Shown here piece after piece: positions 1 through 13,657 of a DNA stretch of 64,000 nucleotides. Source of the DNA: Vicugna vicugna (taxonomy: Eukaryota); contig MU058482.1 of the NCBI GenBank assembly GCA_013265495.1, positions 592,962 through 656,961 on the forward strand. The letters are read 5' to 3'. The stretch's first letter is position 1. Each line of letters begins with the position of its first letter. The notes beneath the pieces are model-generated. The model searched no databases, was not told the DNA's origin, and was given only the letters and a program-made list of their open reading frames with translations. The position numbers and the translations under genes were made by a program.

Positions 1-2115
1 GCTCTACCTGTTTCTAAAACCAGCTCTCTACCTCCTGCCAAAGAATATTTCTTCTATCTTTGATTATTGATTCTGTGTCTTATGTTTTATGTTCATTTTT
101 GGAATCTCAGTATATTTTAGGTTAATTCCCTGGGAATCAAGTGAGATGCATTCTCCTTTTCTTTCTTCCTGTGATTGATTTTCCTCCCTGTAATTCAGTG
201 ATATGAACTGAATTAGCGTCTCATTCTAAAGTTCAGATGTTTAAGCTTCTGGCATTTGACTGAGCTTTGTAAGCTGTACTTTCTACAGTGTGGAAAGGGG
301 GAGTTATAAAAAAAATTTAAATGTATGTTCTGAAGTAGAGATTTTGGACCCTTTCAGGTTAACGGAGGTCCTGTTAATAGACTTGGGGACCAAGTTAGAG
401 ATTCACCATGTCAGCAAGTAGGCATGGTACTGTTTCTTCTGGTTCAGCTGCTGTGTTGCTGGAATGCAATTTAAACATGACCCTGGGCTTAGAGTGGCAG
501 TTGTCCCAGAGAGGGAGGCTGAGGCCAGGAAAATTCTCTTGCAGTGATAAAGACTCACTAGATTGACCAAGCTGAGTAAGAATAGGTTGCTGTACATCTC
601 TCTGATGGCTTTCAAGGATTCAGCAGGCTGGGAAGTACAAGAAGAAAGGATATGTGTCTTATTTTGAGTGAAAACTCAAGATTAAATGTGAAGCCCGGTT
701 CAGGATTTCAAAGTGTAGGCAGTCCCGAGGGCAAGTACGTATGACACATACACACACACTTGATTAATGGGACATTTACATTTATGTCTCTCAGCTAAGC
801 AGGGAGCAAGCAAATGTATAGGGTAGGACAATAGGAGCAGACACACACCAACTTAGAAACAAACAGTGTCTCTGCCAGGTTGCTGCCGATGCCTAGTGAC
901 CGAAGTCCCTCAGTGATCCCCACCTGTGAGATTTTCTTCCTCATTTTTGCACAAGAAGGCTGGAGTTTCCTCAAAGACTGGCGATCATGGTCTGCAGAAA
1001 ACCCGACTCAACTCTTTCCATTAGACCTGCAGGGAGATTGGTGCTGGAAGCTTGGTGTGGCTGTCCAGGCTTTTGATGCTAAAACTCGTACCAGGGATTG
1101 AGGGTTACTGCAGGCAGCCAGGAGCCTGGCCCTGGATTCTCATCATTCTTCCACAAAAACAACATGTTTATACTGCTTATTTCAGATGTAAACACAATTC
1201 CTACTTGAAAAAATTCCTCCCCCAAACAGGTTTAAAAGTAAGATTTACATAAACATGTTTATGAGATTTAAAAATAACAGTATGTTTATAATTTGACAAG
1301 GTGAGGTGAAAACCCTTTGTCAGAATAATTCATTTCAGTGAGGGATGAGGCATCCTTAAAAAAAATACCTAAACAAATCACACAAATCACAATATGTATC
1401 CAATATTAGTCGGCTGGCATCCCTCTGATTTGTCCCATGTGCTTTAGAGTTAGAAGCAGGCTCCTCTCATTACTCAGTCTTTCTACCAACTGAGGACCAC
1501 AACGTGGGCTGGCCAGATTCCTTCCAGGGAACTGAGTTTCCATCCCCTGCTCCCTGTCATCAACTTAAAGGAAACCTGGGTGATGGAATGTAAGTGGCTT
1601 AGAGTAGAGCCTCACCAATAGGAGAGAAATAATGGGGACACCACTCACTTAGTCAAGCTGTGCTGTTATCTCTGAAATCTGGCAGAAATAAAAGTAATGA
1701 ACGTTTTTATAAAAAAGGTAAAGGAAATTTCTGAGACAGTCATCATTTTGTTTTATGCTCACACTGAGAAAGCTTTCAGAAGAATGAACTTGTGAGTAGG
1801 TGAAGTCAAGCAAGCACATGGTGAATCTGGGGTTGTTTTTGCTCCATCTTGTACTTTCAGTGTTTCGTCTATAAAATACCAGCACCATGGAGGCTGGCTC
1901 AGATATCCTTGTGTGGGTTGATAAGTAAGTGTTTTTCGGTTAGAAGAGCATGCGTTTTTATTTCACCAGCAGTGAGGTATGTTTTTAACCCTCTAAACTG
2001 AATCAGAGAACAAGAACTTTAAGGAGAACATGTCCCCACCCTGGTAATCATGCGTACTTGAAAGAGCTCATCAGGAAAGGCCACCACCACTGACAGCAAA
2101 ATTTCAAACAGTTAT

Positions 2116-2573
2116 TGTAATAGAAAAGAACAAAGCTGACTCTATCATATTAGATCTGTTCTTTTGCCTTTAACCCTGTGTTTTGTTTCCCAGGCTTAGG
2201 CTTGCTGGTTCTGACCTTTAAGGGTATTAATACTTTTGCATTCACATCAAGATAAAAAGTTGCAGAACAGAAAATAACATTTGTTTTATTGGGGGTTTAT
2301 GGGGACACCATGACCTGACCCACGGGGAGGGCTGCAAGAACAAAGAATTCCAATACCAAGAAGTTTGTAACAACCAAGCATAACCCCTCCCCTTTTTAGT
2401 TTAAAAGGAGCCTGAATTCTGACTTGGGGAGGATGGTTCTCCAGGACATTGGTCTGCCGTCTTCTCGGTCTGCCGGCTTTCCGAATAAAGTCATTATTCC
2501 TTGCCCCAACACCTCATCTCCCAATTTATTGGCCTGTTGTGGGGTGAGCAGAACGAGTTTGGACTTGGTAACA
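2116..2573 (+). mobile_element. Solo LTR (ERV1-like)
   Basis: TG...CA termini, TTTAAAA TATA-like box near 2400, AATAAA near 2485 and a typical LTR 3' end (...GGACTTGGTAACA); no clean TSD; family not determined. Confidence 0.6.
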
Positions 2574-4079
2574 AGTTGCTTTTATAACAAAAGGGAAGGT
2601 TTGTCTTGTGATCACTGATAATTTCCAGAATCTTTGATCTGTAGCAGGTGGCTCCATGGTGGCTATTAGGAATAAGGAGTGCTTCTGTGAGGGGCTTAAG
2701 GGAGCCTGTGAGAATTTTCTGCAAGAAAGCACCAGAACAGATAGGTTAAAATTTGTATTTCAGCTTCTTGTCTTGTGGTGATGAGGTCTACTTGTTAGTG
2801 TAACAGAGATAAAGGTAATCTTTTATTCCTGGGAGCCTGGTTTTTGCCTCTGGGACTCAGGCCCGCAGGGCCTTCGTTCGTTAGCTTCCAAGGCCTGTTT
2901 TGCCCCTAGCTGTTCCCTGGTCCTTTTCCAAACTGGCTGTACTCTTTTCTTCCTGTCTCAAGAGCATGTGTATGTATGTGAAATAGGTGGTGACTGTGTG
3001 TGTCTCTCTCCTATGGATGTCTCTGCATTAATAAAAAACCCAGGAGTTAGGCAGAGGGGGAGGTGCTGTCTGCCGGGAGCAAGGAAGAGGGGCTTTGCTG
3101 TCTTTGACTGACCCCCTCTACTTTGTTGGTCCTGAACAGTCCAGGCCAGCCGTGGGGATGCAGTGCCCCCTGTGGATGGCATGGTTCTTCCTAACTTTCC
3201 CCAGCTCCCTGGTCCCTTCCTAAGTCAATCTGGATCCTAGCTTCTAGTCACCACGGCCCAGCTAACTCAGCCTTTCCTTGTCCCGTGTTTCTCTTCCTTG
3301 CCTGTTCTTATTCCATTCTTCCTCACTTCAAGCTCATTCAGAAATCACATTCATCTTCTGTTTCCCTATAGCCCTCTCTGGCTCCCTGCTGGGGATTCTT
3401 TGCTTTGGAAAGTGATTGAGATTGTTCCTTTTCTGGACCCTGATGCCCTCTCTACGCAGCATTCTCTAGCTTTCTTCCAGCTCTTGATACAATATGGTTC
3501 AAAGTAAAAGTGGTTCCGGTCCTGGTTGGTAAAGATCTTGGGAAAGGAAAAGGAAATGGTCGAGGGAAGGATGACTGAAAGCAGAGGAGGCTAAAGGGGA
3601 ATCTAAAGGCTCCTGGAATGGGAGGAGGCAAAAAGTGATGACCCACCCAGGCTTGAAACCTCCCAGCCTCTGCTCATTGACCTCAAATGCTGATAGCATC
3701 AGTGACCCAGAAACATATGAAGAGTCCCGGAGTCTAATGTGCTTCTCCTCAAGTCTGCTTTCTAGAGTCAGACAAATCCCCTGTACCAGAAATAGCCCTC
3801 CAATTTCCCACATAATGGTGTTGCTTCCAATTCCCTCTTTCAGAGTCCTGGGAAGATTGTTGAGTTGAAAGCAGCAGAGGATTGATGGTGTGTAAAACGT
3901 TTTCTGCTTAAAGGAAGGAAGGCAGACAGATCGACTTTCTAAAGGCACAGCTGAAAAAAAGTTTTTCTTTGCCCTTATTTCAGTATAATTACTGTGTTGT
4001 TATGGTCTTGATTTTTACATAATTTATGTTCTTTGGACAGTAATGGATGTCAAATTAGCCCATCTTTCTTGAATCATTA

Positions 4080-4365
4080 ACCTCCAAGGGGGTGGGGCTC
4101 TCAAAGGCCTTCATAAGCCAGAAGAGCTCCTTTCTGGAAGACTGCAGCAAAGCCAGTTCCAACATGCTGCTGATTGGGGTCCAAGGGCCCACCACCCCCT
4201 GCGAGGAGGTCTTCATGAAGCATGTGGGCAGCCAACAGTACAATGTCACATGTGTTATCAAGGAGAAGAGGGATTACGTTCTGGCCATGAAGTGTGGGGA
4301 GGAACACATCCCTGGTGGCCCTCTCCGTGTTACGGTGCCTTAAAACAGTTCTTGTCAAATCCTGG
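4080..4365 (+). pseudogene. FLNB: Processed retrocopy fragment of filamin B (C-terminal Ig repeat 24 plus start of 3' UTR)
   Basis: Translation TSKGVGLSKAFISQKSSFLEDCSKASSNMLLIGVQGPTTPCEEVFMKHVGSQQYNVTCVIKEKRDYVLAMKCGEEHIPGGPLRVTVP* closely matches the FLNB C-terminus; stop TAA 4341-4343; no upstream filamin exons in the window. Confidence 0.9.
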
Positions 4366-7300
4366 GGGAAAAAATTCATTTTTTTAAATTAATTTAATTT
4401 GAAAATATTTTCCTCTCTTATGTCCATAGCAACTGGTATTGTCAAAACAGTTCTTAAAGCAATACTTAGATTTGGAAATGAATTTTTGGTTTTACGTATC
4501 ACATTCTGACACTGTAATGGGGTTGCATATGTTAAATTAACATTATCACATTAACTATTAAGGATTATTTTGTTATATAAAGTGCTCTAATTTATATTGT
4601 GATTTTTACCACTTCTTAAAGCAATATCTAGATACATAGAGAATTATAAAGAACTGCTATCAAGTTCACACATTGTCCAAAGCTATGTACATACAAATTT
4701 AAGATTAAAAACATTGTTGAATATTGCAAAATTTGCCTCAGCTGTCATGTACAACTATTGGGAACATTGTGCCAATTTTTGAGTACCTTCAGAACTATGC
4801 ATTGGAACATGAAGGGAAAAAAGAGAATAGGTACTTGGCACTGTGATACATCATAATATAAAAATGCATTGCAGTCATGCTATCTGAGAGGAAGAATTTA
4901 ACAAGTTCATCTTTTTTTTTTTTTTTAAACCTGTATGCTTCTGCCACCTAGTCCTTACCATACTAGGAAACAATGTCTGTCTCCTTTCCTGGCAGAGGCA
5001 CAAACTATAAACAGTCTTGTCACTCAGACACAGTCACCTTTCAGGATTTGGGCAAAAGATGTGGAAAGGTGTTTCCCTTGAATTAAAGCCATGTCAGTAC
5101 CTAAAGCAGAAGTTTTATGTCAGATTATGGGTTGCACTGGATCCCAAGTGGCAGAGGCACCTCTGTATTCTTTAATAAATTTATTTATATGTTTACATTA
5201 GTTACATGTGGGGCTTTCTTAAATGTGAGGCCCAGGGAAGGGGCCTCTTTCCTGGGTCTAAGGGTGGTTCTGGATGTATCTTCAGCACTTAGGCAAAGTC
5301 AGGTATGTAGTCATAGTAAATTCCTGGTAAATACCTGATCAATTTCTTTGAGTGAAATCAGATGAGTCCCTGAAAGATGTATTGCTGGCTCTCTGGATGC
5401 CCTAGAGCTGGTGAATTTTAAACAAAGAAGTGTTTCTTTAGAGAACAGATAAGGTGGGGGGCAGTTTTCAGGGCAGGAAAAGTTTAGAATTGTTAGCCAA
5501 GAAAAGACTAGTTTAGAAATGTTCTCCAAACAAAATACAGATGAACACTCAAGTTGGCTTTGTATGGACGTAAGGAGGGTAGTTTGTACTTGAGCCAGAG
5601 TTCAGATTGAAAGAACCCTGCTTCCTCAGAAATCAAGCGATGAATAGCTCTGGCCTAAAATGGGGCACTGGCAGTACATGCAAATTTGGAAATGAACTGG
5701 AGCAGGCTTCAAAGCCTGAGTGGTGCCAAGCCAAACTGTGCAGCTTGAGATAGTATCTATAAATGTTGCCTCATGCTGTCTCACAGGCACTGTGAAAAGT
5801 CATGGTCACCGTGGTAAAAACTTCTTTACATAATTGTCTATCAGAGGAAACTGGGAAGGCCCATACCGGAGAGATACAGGGATAGAATAGGATCTCAGTC
5901 CACACTTTTTGGAGAAAAAGACTTTGCCCTTCAAATGTGTATCACAGCTTAACCAACTGACTGCAAAGCAGGCTAAGAAATTTTCAGTGTGGGCATGTTC
6001 TTGAGCTGTGCTCTGTCAATACCACTTGCCTCCTACCCCGCTTTCCCTTTCCATCTAGAGGTTTAAGGGGAGAAGTTCTAGAGACCAGACTTGGCAAATT
6101 TCAAGGGATAGAAGGGGTGGATCATTTTTATAGACTTGTACTTTTTCAGAAATCTTAGGTATCTGCTGAAAACTGTCAGACTATATTTCTTATCTGTAGC
6201 TCCTACCAAGAAAATAAAGTCTAATGTGGAGAATCTTAACTGTCTTGGACCTTGTAGCAAACTTAGGTTGTAAGCTGACCTCCTGGGGCATCGATACGGA
6301 TCTACGTAGCTTAGGAAACAAGTCCTTCATTCCACTGCAAGGTTGGGCCTGTGGCTCCTTGCTTAGGGGGAGAAGGAAATTTGGCTGTAGCCATGGCAAG
6401 CTGTCAGAAAATGATTACTAAGATATAAAGAGACAATTCACAGTAGAGGATTATGATTAGTGAAATAAACATAATCTCACTAGTAATGAAATACATGTTA
6501 AAACATTAGGACACAAATAAAATAGCAGGGTTGTGGTGAAACTTCTATTCTGTTGCAGATGGCATTGTAAATAAGTGCCAACTTTTTGGAGGGCAGTCTG
6601 CAATATATCAAGAGCCAAAAGGATGTTTGTGTCCTTTGAACCATTGATCCTAATTTTGTTTCTCTGTAGACATTGATAGGGTTGTTTCTATATGACAGGT
6701 AACATTCTTGGCAGAGACATCAGAGATTGATGTTGTATATCGTGCCTTTCAGGAATGGACAGTCTGCTGGGGGAAGACATACCTATAATCAGATAATACA
6801 GAAAAATGAATGGGAAAGATGGGGGCCCAGCAGCAGGTCTGGGGAGTGTGGAGCAAAGGACAGGGAAGATTTCCTGCAGGAGATGACACCACACTGAATT
6901 TGGGAGGATAAATAATTACCCTTGAAAACCAAATGGGGAAGGATGTTGCAGGCAGAGTCAGAATAAGACCTGGAGGTGGCTCTTCATGGTTCAGCATGGC
7001 TAGAGGATGGGCCTAGAGGGGATTTCAGGAAGTTACTCAACCCCATTCTCAATGCTGACATTTGAAAAAGTTCTGACATATTTAGTTTTTTCCCCTTGAC
7101 TCTGTTTTTGTTTGTTTTTGGTTTTGTTTTTCTGCCTAGAGGTACATACTCCTCCCTTCACTTCCTTGGGATAGGCGTAGACAGATCATGCCATCTTGGC
7201 CACAAACTCCCCTGTAGTAGCAACTGGCAAGCATGAGCTACACTCCTGGGTCCCTTTAGCACAATGCAGGACGTCAGTGATCCCTGAGCCCCGAATGAGG

Positions 7301-9119
7301 TAACTTCTTGGGTAGGAAAGACTGGCAGCTGGAGCCACAGGGCACAGACAGGCAGGACCTACCTAATCCTTTCCCTTTTCCATGTAAGGGGTCCCTGGTG
7401 CCCTGGCAGAGGGGAGAGTCAAGCCACAGTACAGGAGGATGTGATGGAAACATATCCTAATCATCTCCAGAGAGGAATGGACTTACTCCTGCTCAGCAGC
7501 ATTGCCGAGAGTGAGGTGGGAGGGCCCTTTAGAAGAGCCAGAGGTCAGCAGACATGACTGAGAGCTTGGAAATGATAACCTAAAGGAAAAGTTAAAAGAG
7601 AGACTTTGGGGAAAGCAAAATTTTGCAACATTAAGGGTCAACATATAGTTTGTTTTTATATTCCATCTTGTCCAAAACCAGCTGAATGAGCTGAATGGAG
7701 TCACAATTGCAGTACATTGATCCCCAAAACATTCAGACGTGTGAGAAAGCACTCTCTAGTAATGAACCATGTAGACCTAGTGCAGGGATCTGGGAGACCC
7801 AGGAGAGCCCTACGCATAGGAGAAGCCCTGTCATCACTCTGCCATGTTGTGAATGGCTAGATGGATGAATGCCTGGTTAGGGACTCAGCTACTCTGCATT
7901 CACCTAGAGGGTGGTTCCATTTCATTTGATGAAGATTTACTTAGCATGTGCTGTGGACCATGCATCGTAAGTGAATACGTGTCTTTTACTTTAATTTTCC
8001 AGGTGAGGAAAAAGGATTCTTGTCTAAGTGCCCGTGACAAATCAGAATGGGGTCTGCATCACAGGGGAAGCCCTGAATCCAGGAGGACGGGAACCAATCA
8101 GGGCTAAACCTTCAGGCTAAAAGAACCAACCGAGAGAAAAGCAGAGACTTGCCTTTGCGAGAGGGTGACCCAGGCTGCAGTGCACATGGTCGATGTGGCA
8201 TTTACAGGACTGTGTCAGAGTATGGACTGTGACAAAAGCCTTGGGACCAAAGGTCTGGCTCTCATTCTTCATGGAACCTGGGAGGACCTTGGCAGCGGGG
8301 GTGGGGGTGGAGGTTGCCCACATAATCAGCAACAGTTCTTTTCCTCGGATCTCAGCTGCTTCTCTTCCTACAGTCCGTCCTCGCAAGGGTACCTCAGGCC
8401 CTCTTCCCTTCCTTCCAGCTGACTCTGAGGGCCCCTTCTTCAGTGGGAATCTATGAAAATTCTTTTCCCCAGGCCCTTTGATTTCCTGGGAAAATTTCCA
8501 GTTAGAGAGCCCCAGGGCTACTTAAAGGGAGCAGGGCTTGGGAAGGGCAGAGTCAGGGGGGAGGCTGGCTTGTTGCTCAGATTGGATCGCATTTGACCAA
8601 ACGTTTTATGCTTTCTAGTTAGACTCTTCCTCCTCACCACTGCTCTTCTGGATAAAATGGAACAGTCAGACTCCTTCTCTGTATGATCTGGGGCAAAATA
8701 GAGGCTCAGAATGTGGAGATAGTTATTTAGGGAGCCCAGGAGTTGGAGCTATCTTCCATTTGCTTCTTTTCACCTTCAGGCCATGCCTGGGTCTAATTTC
8801 CCCAAGGACCACTGGGCTCCTGCTGTGTAGTCTCCCCACATATTGCTTGAGGTCCTATTTGAGTGTCAGGACTGAGAGTCTCAACTTTCATCCCTGGAAG
8901 ATAATAGGACAGCACCCCATACTTACTGGGTATTACTCTGCCCCACGGCATCCAGTCCCTCCCTCCAGCTGGGCAGTATAACAATATACCATGAGAGGAG
9001 AGACCCTCAACACTTCTGCAGCCACAGAATTCTCAACTCTAACTCCATGAGATCCTCAGCCCAGAGCTTAGTGAAGGCGGCCACACAGATGAAATGGAGT
9101 CTGTAAAGACTCTGAAGGT

Positions 9120-9640
9120 CACAACGTAAATGTCCATTGACGGATGAATGGATATACATATATATAAATATATATAATGGAATATTACTCAGCCATAAAA
9201 AGAATGAAATGCTGCCATTTGCAGCAACATGGATGGACTTAGAGATTATCATATTAAGCAAAGTAAGTCAGAGAAAGATAAATGTCATGTGATATCACTT
9301 ATATGTGGACTCTAAAAAAATTATAAATTTTATTTACAAACCAGAAATAGACTCATAGGCATAGAAAACAAACTATAGTTACCAAAAGAGAAAGGGGAGG
9401 GGAGGGATAAGTTAGGAGTTTGGGATTAACAGCTACACATTACTATATATAAAATAGATAAACAACAGGGACCTACTATATAGCACAGGGAGCTATATAT
9501 AATTTCTTGTTATAAACTATAATGGAAAAGAATCTGAAAAATATATGTATGTATTATATGTATAACTCAATCACTTTGCTGTACACCTGAAACTAACATT
9601 GTAAATCAACTGCACTTTGATGAAAAATAATATAAAAAAT
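9120..9640 (+). mobile_element. 5'-truncated L1 (ORF2 end and 3' UTR) with target-site duplication
   Basis: Typical L1 3' sequence (AAATGTCCATTGACGGATGAATGG ... GCTGTACACCTGAAACTAAC), A-rich tail, flanking repeat AAAGACT(C/T)TGAAGGT at about 9105-9119 and 9641-9655. Confidence 0.85.
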
Positions 9641-9869
9641 AAAGACTTTGAAGGTAAGGATTCTTACTGGAAGGGCAGCGTCAGCTGTGGTGACCCTCTG
9701 TGGTCCTAAGGGGAAGAGTGGTGGGTAAGGGCAAGAGTGAGGTGGTTATGAATAAGGAGAACTGAGTGCAGAAGGAAGAGGAGGATGGTGATGCTTTCTT
9801 AGTTTGCAGCAGGAGGCAGGTTTCTAATAGTGGGGAAATTTATTTTTATTGAACTTGAGGGGTGTTTTT

Positions 9870-9984
9870 GGAGGGGGGAGGTAATTAGGTTTACTTTAAT
9901 TTTCTAACAGAGGTGCTAGAAGTTGAACCCAGGACCTTGTGCATGCTAGGGATGCACTCTACCACTGCACTATACCCTCCCTCC
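9870..9984 (-). mobile_element. tRNA-derived SINE (camelid Vic-1-like)
   Basis: Reverse complement reads GGAGGGTATAGTGCAGTGGTAGAGTGCATCCCTAGCATGCACAAGGTCCTGGGTTCAA with Pol III A/B boxes and a ...AAACCTAATTACCTCC tail. Confidence 0.85.
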
Positions 9985-10039
9985 TTATTTTTTTTTTATT
10001 GAATTTGAAGGGGTCACCATTATTCTAGGCTGCTTCTCA

Positions 10040-10220
10040 CTTATTAGCTGTCTGACTTTAGGCAGGCCATAGAAACTTTGTGCAAGTCTGTTATCTCTTT
10101 TTAAAATGGGATTGTAAAAATGCTTGCTTTAAGTCATCAGATTGTGATGCGAATCAGATTTAAAAAAAAAAAAAGAAGAAACTCTGTGATCCCTAAAGTC
10201 TTTCACAAATTGTAAGTTAT
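10040..10220 (+). mobile_element. MIR-like SINE remnant
   Basis: Degenerate MIR core (CACTTATTAGCTGTCTGACTTTAGGCAGG ... TTTAAAATGGGAT). Confidence 0.5.
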
Positions 10221-10634
10221 GGCAGTTACTGAGAAGCACCTAGGTGAAGATCACAGATCTTTTGGGATAAGATGGGGTCTATGCACCAGGTCTAGAAGGA
10301 GGTGGGATGTGCCCTTTTCTTGTGTGACAGCCCCCTCCAGCTCAGTTCCTTGAACAAATCTAGGCACAAGCACTATAATTAGCAGCATGCTGGGCCAGGG
10401 CAGAGGGATTGGAATAAAGATAGGGGAAGCCTTAGAGAAGAAAAGGAAAGAGATGGGGCAAGTGGAAGAGGGGGCAGCCAAGTGAGTGTCTGAGCTGGTG
10501 CAGAAGAGGGAGTGTCGGAAAAGTCCTAGGGAGAGCAGAGAGAACTTGCAGTACTGCATTTCTTGACTCGGAGGAGGGAAGACACCGTGCCTCAGGGGAA
10601 GAGACTGAGCCTCACTTTGTGTTTCACAGAAAAC

Positions 10635-11044
10635 ACGGTTAAGACGTGGACCCTCCTGCAGCATCTGCTGCTAGATCGGACTGTTTTCTCCCAGGCCCAG
10701 GCCTCCTACAGCGCGGTCATGACTACCCCAGCTACCGGGATCCCGCGTGGGTCCAGTCAGTACCATCACGTGATGATGCAGTGCAGGGACAAGGTCTCCA
10801 GGGTCTACAAGTCCATCAATAACTTCCTTCACCAGAGGTCGCGAAGGATATATGACAAACAGAGCCATGCCTATAAGGTGCCAAAATGGACAACTCTTAC
10901 CTCAGCCTCTGAAAACTCAAGATCACCAAGTATGTGGTCTCTCTGGGGTCACGGCTCTCTGATTGTGCTTACAGGTCCAGGATCTGGTCCTGACACGTCC
11001 GCGGGGCCTGTGTGCAGAACCAGCAGTTTCATCTGGAAGGCTGG
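10635..11044 (+). pseudogene. RNase A superfamily pseudogene, paralogue of the gene at 38652
   Basis: Acceptor TTTCACAG ending 10629; start codon appears as ACG (10635); TWTLLQHLLLDRTVF vs TWTLLLLLLLEQTVF; QYHHVMMQCR vs RYCDVMMRRR; YKSINNFLHQ vs CKQINTFIHE; after a frameshift LKITKYVVSLGSRLSDCAYRSRIWS*HVRGACVQNQQFHLEG vs VSVTDCFARAGTRPPYCHYHKKDSTRPIRVGCEEGEPVHLDG; in-frame TGA 10991-10993. Confidence 0.88.
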
Positions 11045-11572
11045 ACTCCTGTTCCCGGGTCACCAGGTCCTCCGTGGGCGGTCTGGGGATCCCAGCACCT
11101 TAACTGGACCACCTTCTGTGGTGGTCTCCCCCATTAGACTTCTTCCCCAAATCTGCCACCCTCACTGACCCCAGCGCACCATCTCTCCCAGAGCGCCTCG
11201 TGTGACAGAGATGGGTGAGGAGACGTGCGTGCACAACGGGAGAAGGGCCACACTGTCTCCTCCACGCGTGATTGCCCTTCCTGCCAGATGAGGGCAGGGT
11301 CCCTGCGACATCCTAGGCTGAGATTTGCCTTTTTTTCCAGCTTTTCTTTGGCCCCCTTTCATCTGGGGAATCTTCGCAGGGTGAGCAGTGCGTGGGGTGG
11401 GAGTAGGGTGGAGCATCTACTTCGGGAGGCCTTGATCCCGCCCTGAGGTGATGCTCTGAGTCATGGAACCAATTTGTTCACGAGCTGGTCTCATAAAACT
11501 CTGATCCTGGCTGGCAGCATTTCTCCTAGTGCCTCCACCCTCTTCCCTGGCCGCCGCGCGGCCGCCGCAGGG

Positions 11573-11586
11573 CCGGCAGAGGGCGC
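11573..11586 (+). promoter_or_regulatory. CTCF-like motif in a CpG-rich patch
   Basis: CCGGCAGAGGGCGC vs consensus CCASYAGRKGGCRS (one mismatch). Confidence 0.55.
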
Positions 11587-11674
11587 TGTGATGCTTGCTC
11601 CCCGCGAGCCAAGAGGGCAACAGACTGTTCCCTCTTGGCTCTGCTTAGCAAGGCTGAGACCTGCTTTATCTTTT

Positions 11675-11824
11675 TTTTTTTTTTTTTAAATAGACTTTAT
11701 TTTTTTAGAGCAGTTTCAGGTTTACAGCAGAATTGAGCAGAAAATACTGAGCTCCCACATAGCCCTCCCCACCCACACATATATACTCCCCTACTCTCAA
11801 CATCCCTCATCAATGTGCCATATT
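11675..11824 (-). mobile_element. Short L1 3'-end fragment with ~20-bp TSD
   Basis: Poly(T) then L1M-type 3' end; TGAGACCTGCTTTATCTTTT at 11655-11674 and 11825-11844. Confidence 0.8.
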
Positions 11825-13657
11825 TGAGACCTGCTTTATCTTTTAAAAGCCTTTTTGAGCCGCTCCGAAGAACAACAGAGAAACAGATACACGGGATTTA
11901 AATATCTAAAACAGGTCCGTTGCCAAAGTGCAAGATTTTTACTCTTCCACGGCAAACTGACCCCTAAGCTTGGTCTCGTTCTACCTGCTGCCTTGGGATA
12001 GTTAACAGACACATCTATTGAGCATCCATTGTGTGCCATGAGCCCCCAGCAGTAGAGCAGAGATGGAGGAGGACCAGGGGAAGAGTGAGAGAGTATAAAC
12101 AGAGCGCTTCTCTTTTCTACGGTAAGAGCAAGGGTTCTCTGGGAGGGTATTTATCTATCTCTACCCACCCCTGTCTCTGTTTCTCTCTGTGTCTATGGTA
12201 GTGCATGCATATGGTAAAAATATAAACTCAAACATTAGGGATGTGTAGCCAGTGAAAAGCATATCTTCTTCTAATCTTTGTCTTTTAGGTCCCAGTTTCT
12301 TTTCTGAAAGCAACAGGTATTTAGTTTCTTTTATCCTTCCCCAGTCTATACATAATAGGTATGCCTATTAACATATATAAGCCTATTGAAATGTGTAAAG
12401 TTTTTTTGTGTGTGTGTATGTGTATCTATCTCCTCCATTTTACCCCACATATAATAGTATCCAGTACACAGCGCTCTGCACCTTCTTTTTTCATTACTGA
12501 CTATGTTTTGGCAAAGGATATACTTCACTCGAATTAATGGCTGCATGATATTCTGTTCTATGGCTATTTAATCATAGATACAATCATACAATTTGTTCCA
12601 GTCTTTTACTGCTGTAAACGAGCTGGAATATATATCCTGGAACAAAATAGCAACAACAAACCCTGGGTATTCAGCTGTTGACAAGCTCACTTGCATACAT
12701 TATCAATGTTCCTACGACCTGAGCACTGAAGCTCCTGCATGGTGTGGGGTGGGAGGCGATGTGGGTTGGTGACACCAAATCTTCCAGGTGCACCTGACAT
12801 CACTGGCCCCAAGGAAGTCTGGGAGACATTATTTTTCAGAACATAACAACCTGACCAAGGGGATGTTTCCTTGTATTAAGAGCCCAGTAACTTCTCTGCA
12901 TATAGGGAAGTCAGCATTATTGTTTCAAAGTTCTGATCTTTTAATACTGGAGAGAGCAAAAGTCATACTGTTTATATGTGTCACATAAATTGAGATACAA
13001 GTAAGGGCAACTAATTTAGTTTCCAATCACATACAGAAAATTTTAGAGCAAAATGCGAGCTTTCATTTTCAAGCAACTTCTATGGGGTAAGCACTATATT
13101 TATACTGACTCATTTAACCCTCATGACGACCCACATGGTAGATACTAATATGCTCATTTTTAAGATGAGCGAACAGAGGCCCACATAATTAACGGACCAT
13201 AGTGGCAGAACCAGGTGTGTCCCCCTTAAAAGCCAAGCATTCCCATTTATTCCGGGCCACCTCTTAGAGGGAGCTGGGGTGCACATTATGTTCAGGATAA
13301 ATTCTTTCTTCTTCTTTCCTCTGTTTCTTCATCTCCAAACCAGTGACAGTCATCCAGGATAACCTATCTGTATTACCAGGCTCATTTTCTAGATACTAAC
13401 GTTGTTTCCATAGTAAAATATGTACTCTCGGGTGTGAAAGGTGGAAGGGGGCTTCCATTCTGGTCGTTCTCACCCTTTGCATCCCTAAGGACCTCTGTCA
13501 TTATCCCTGTCTAGAAATGCATGTTTTTAGAACATTCTGAGTAAATGAGTATGTTTACTTTGGACCATTTTTAGTGACCACATACTATATGGTTGTCAAA
13601 CAGCACTTGTGGTTACCTGAGCTAAGTGATATTATCTCTATAAGAACACTTTTCACT

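Noticed and set aside
403..615. Faint RNase-like words (HCKRIFL; NCHSKP in another frame) on the minus strand
   Set aside because: Spacing and remaining motifs do not fit; no PVHxD or convincing signal peptide; indistinguishable from chance
9870..9984. tRNA gene
   Set aside because: The tRNA-like head is degenerate, continues into a shared SINE tail and recurs in six diverged copies
10563..11168. 201-aa ORF as a functional gene
   Set aside because: Non-ATG start in intron-like sequence; drifts in and out of the RNase frame and lacks the conserved Cys; it is the pseudogene
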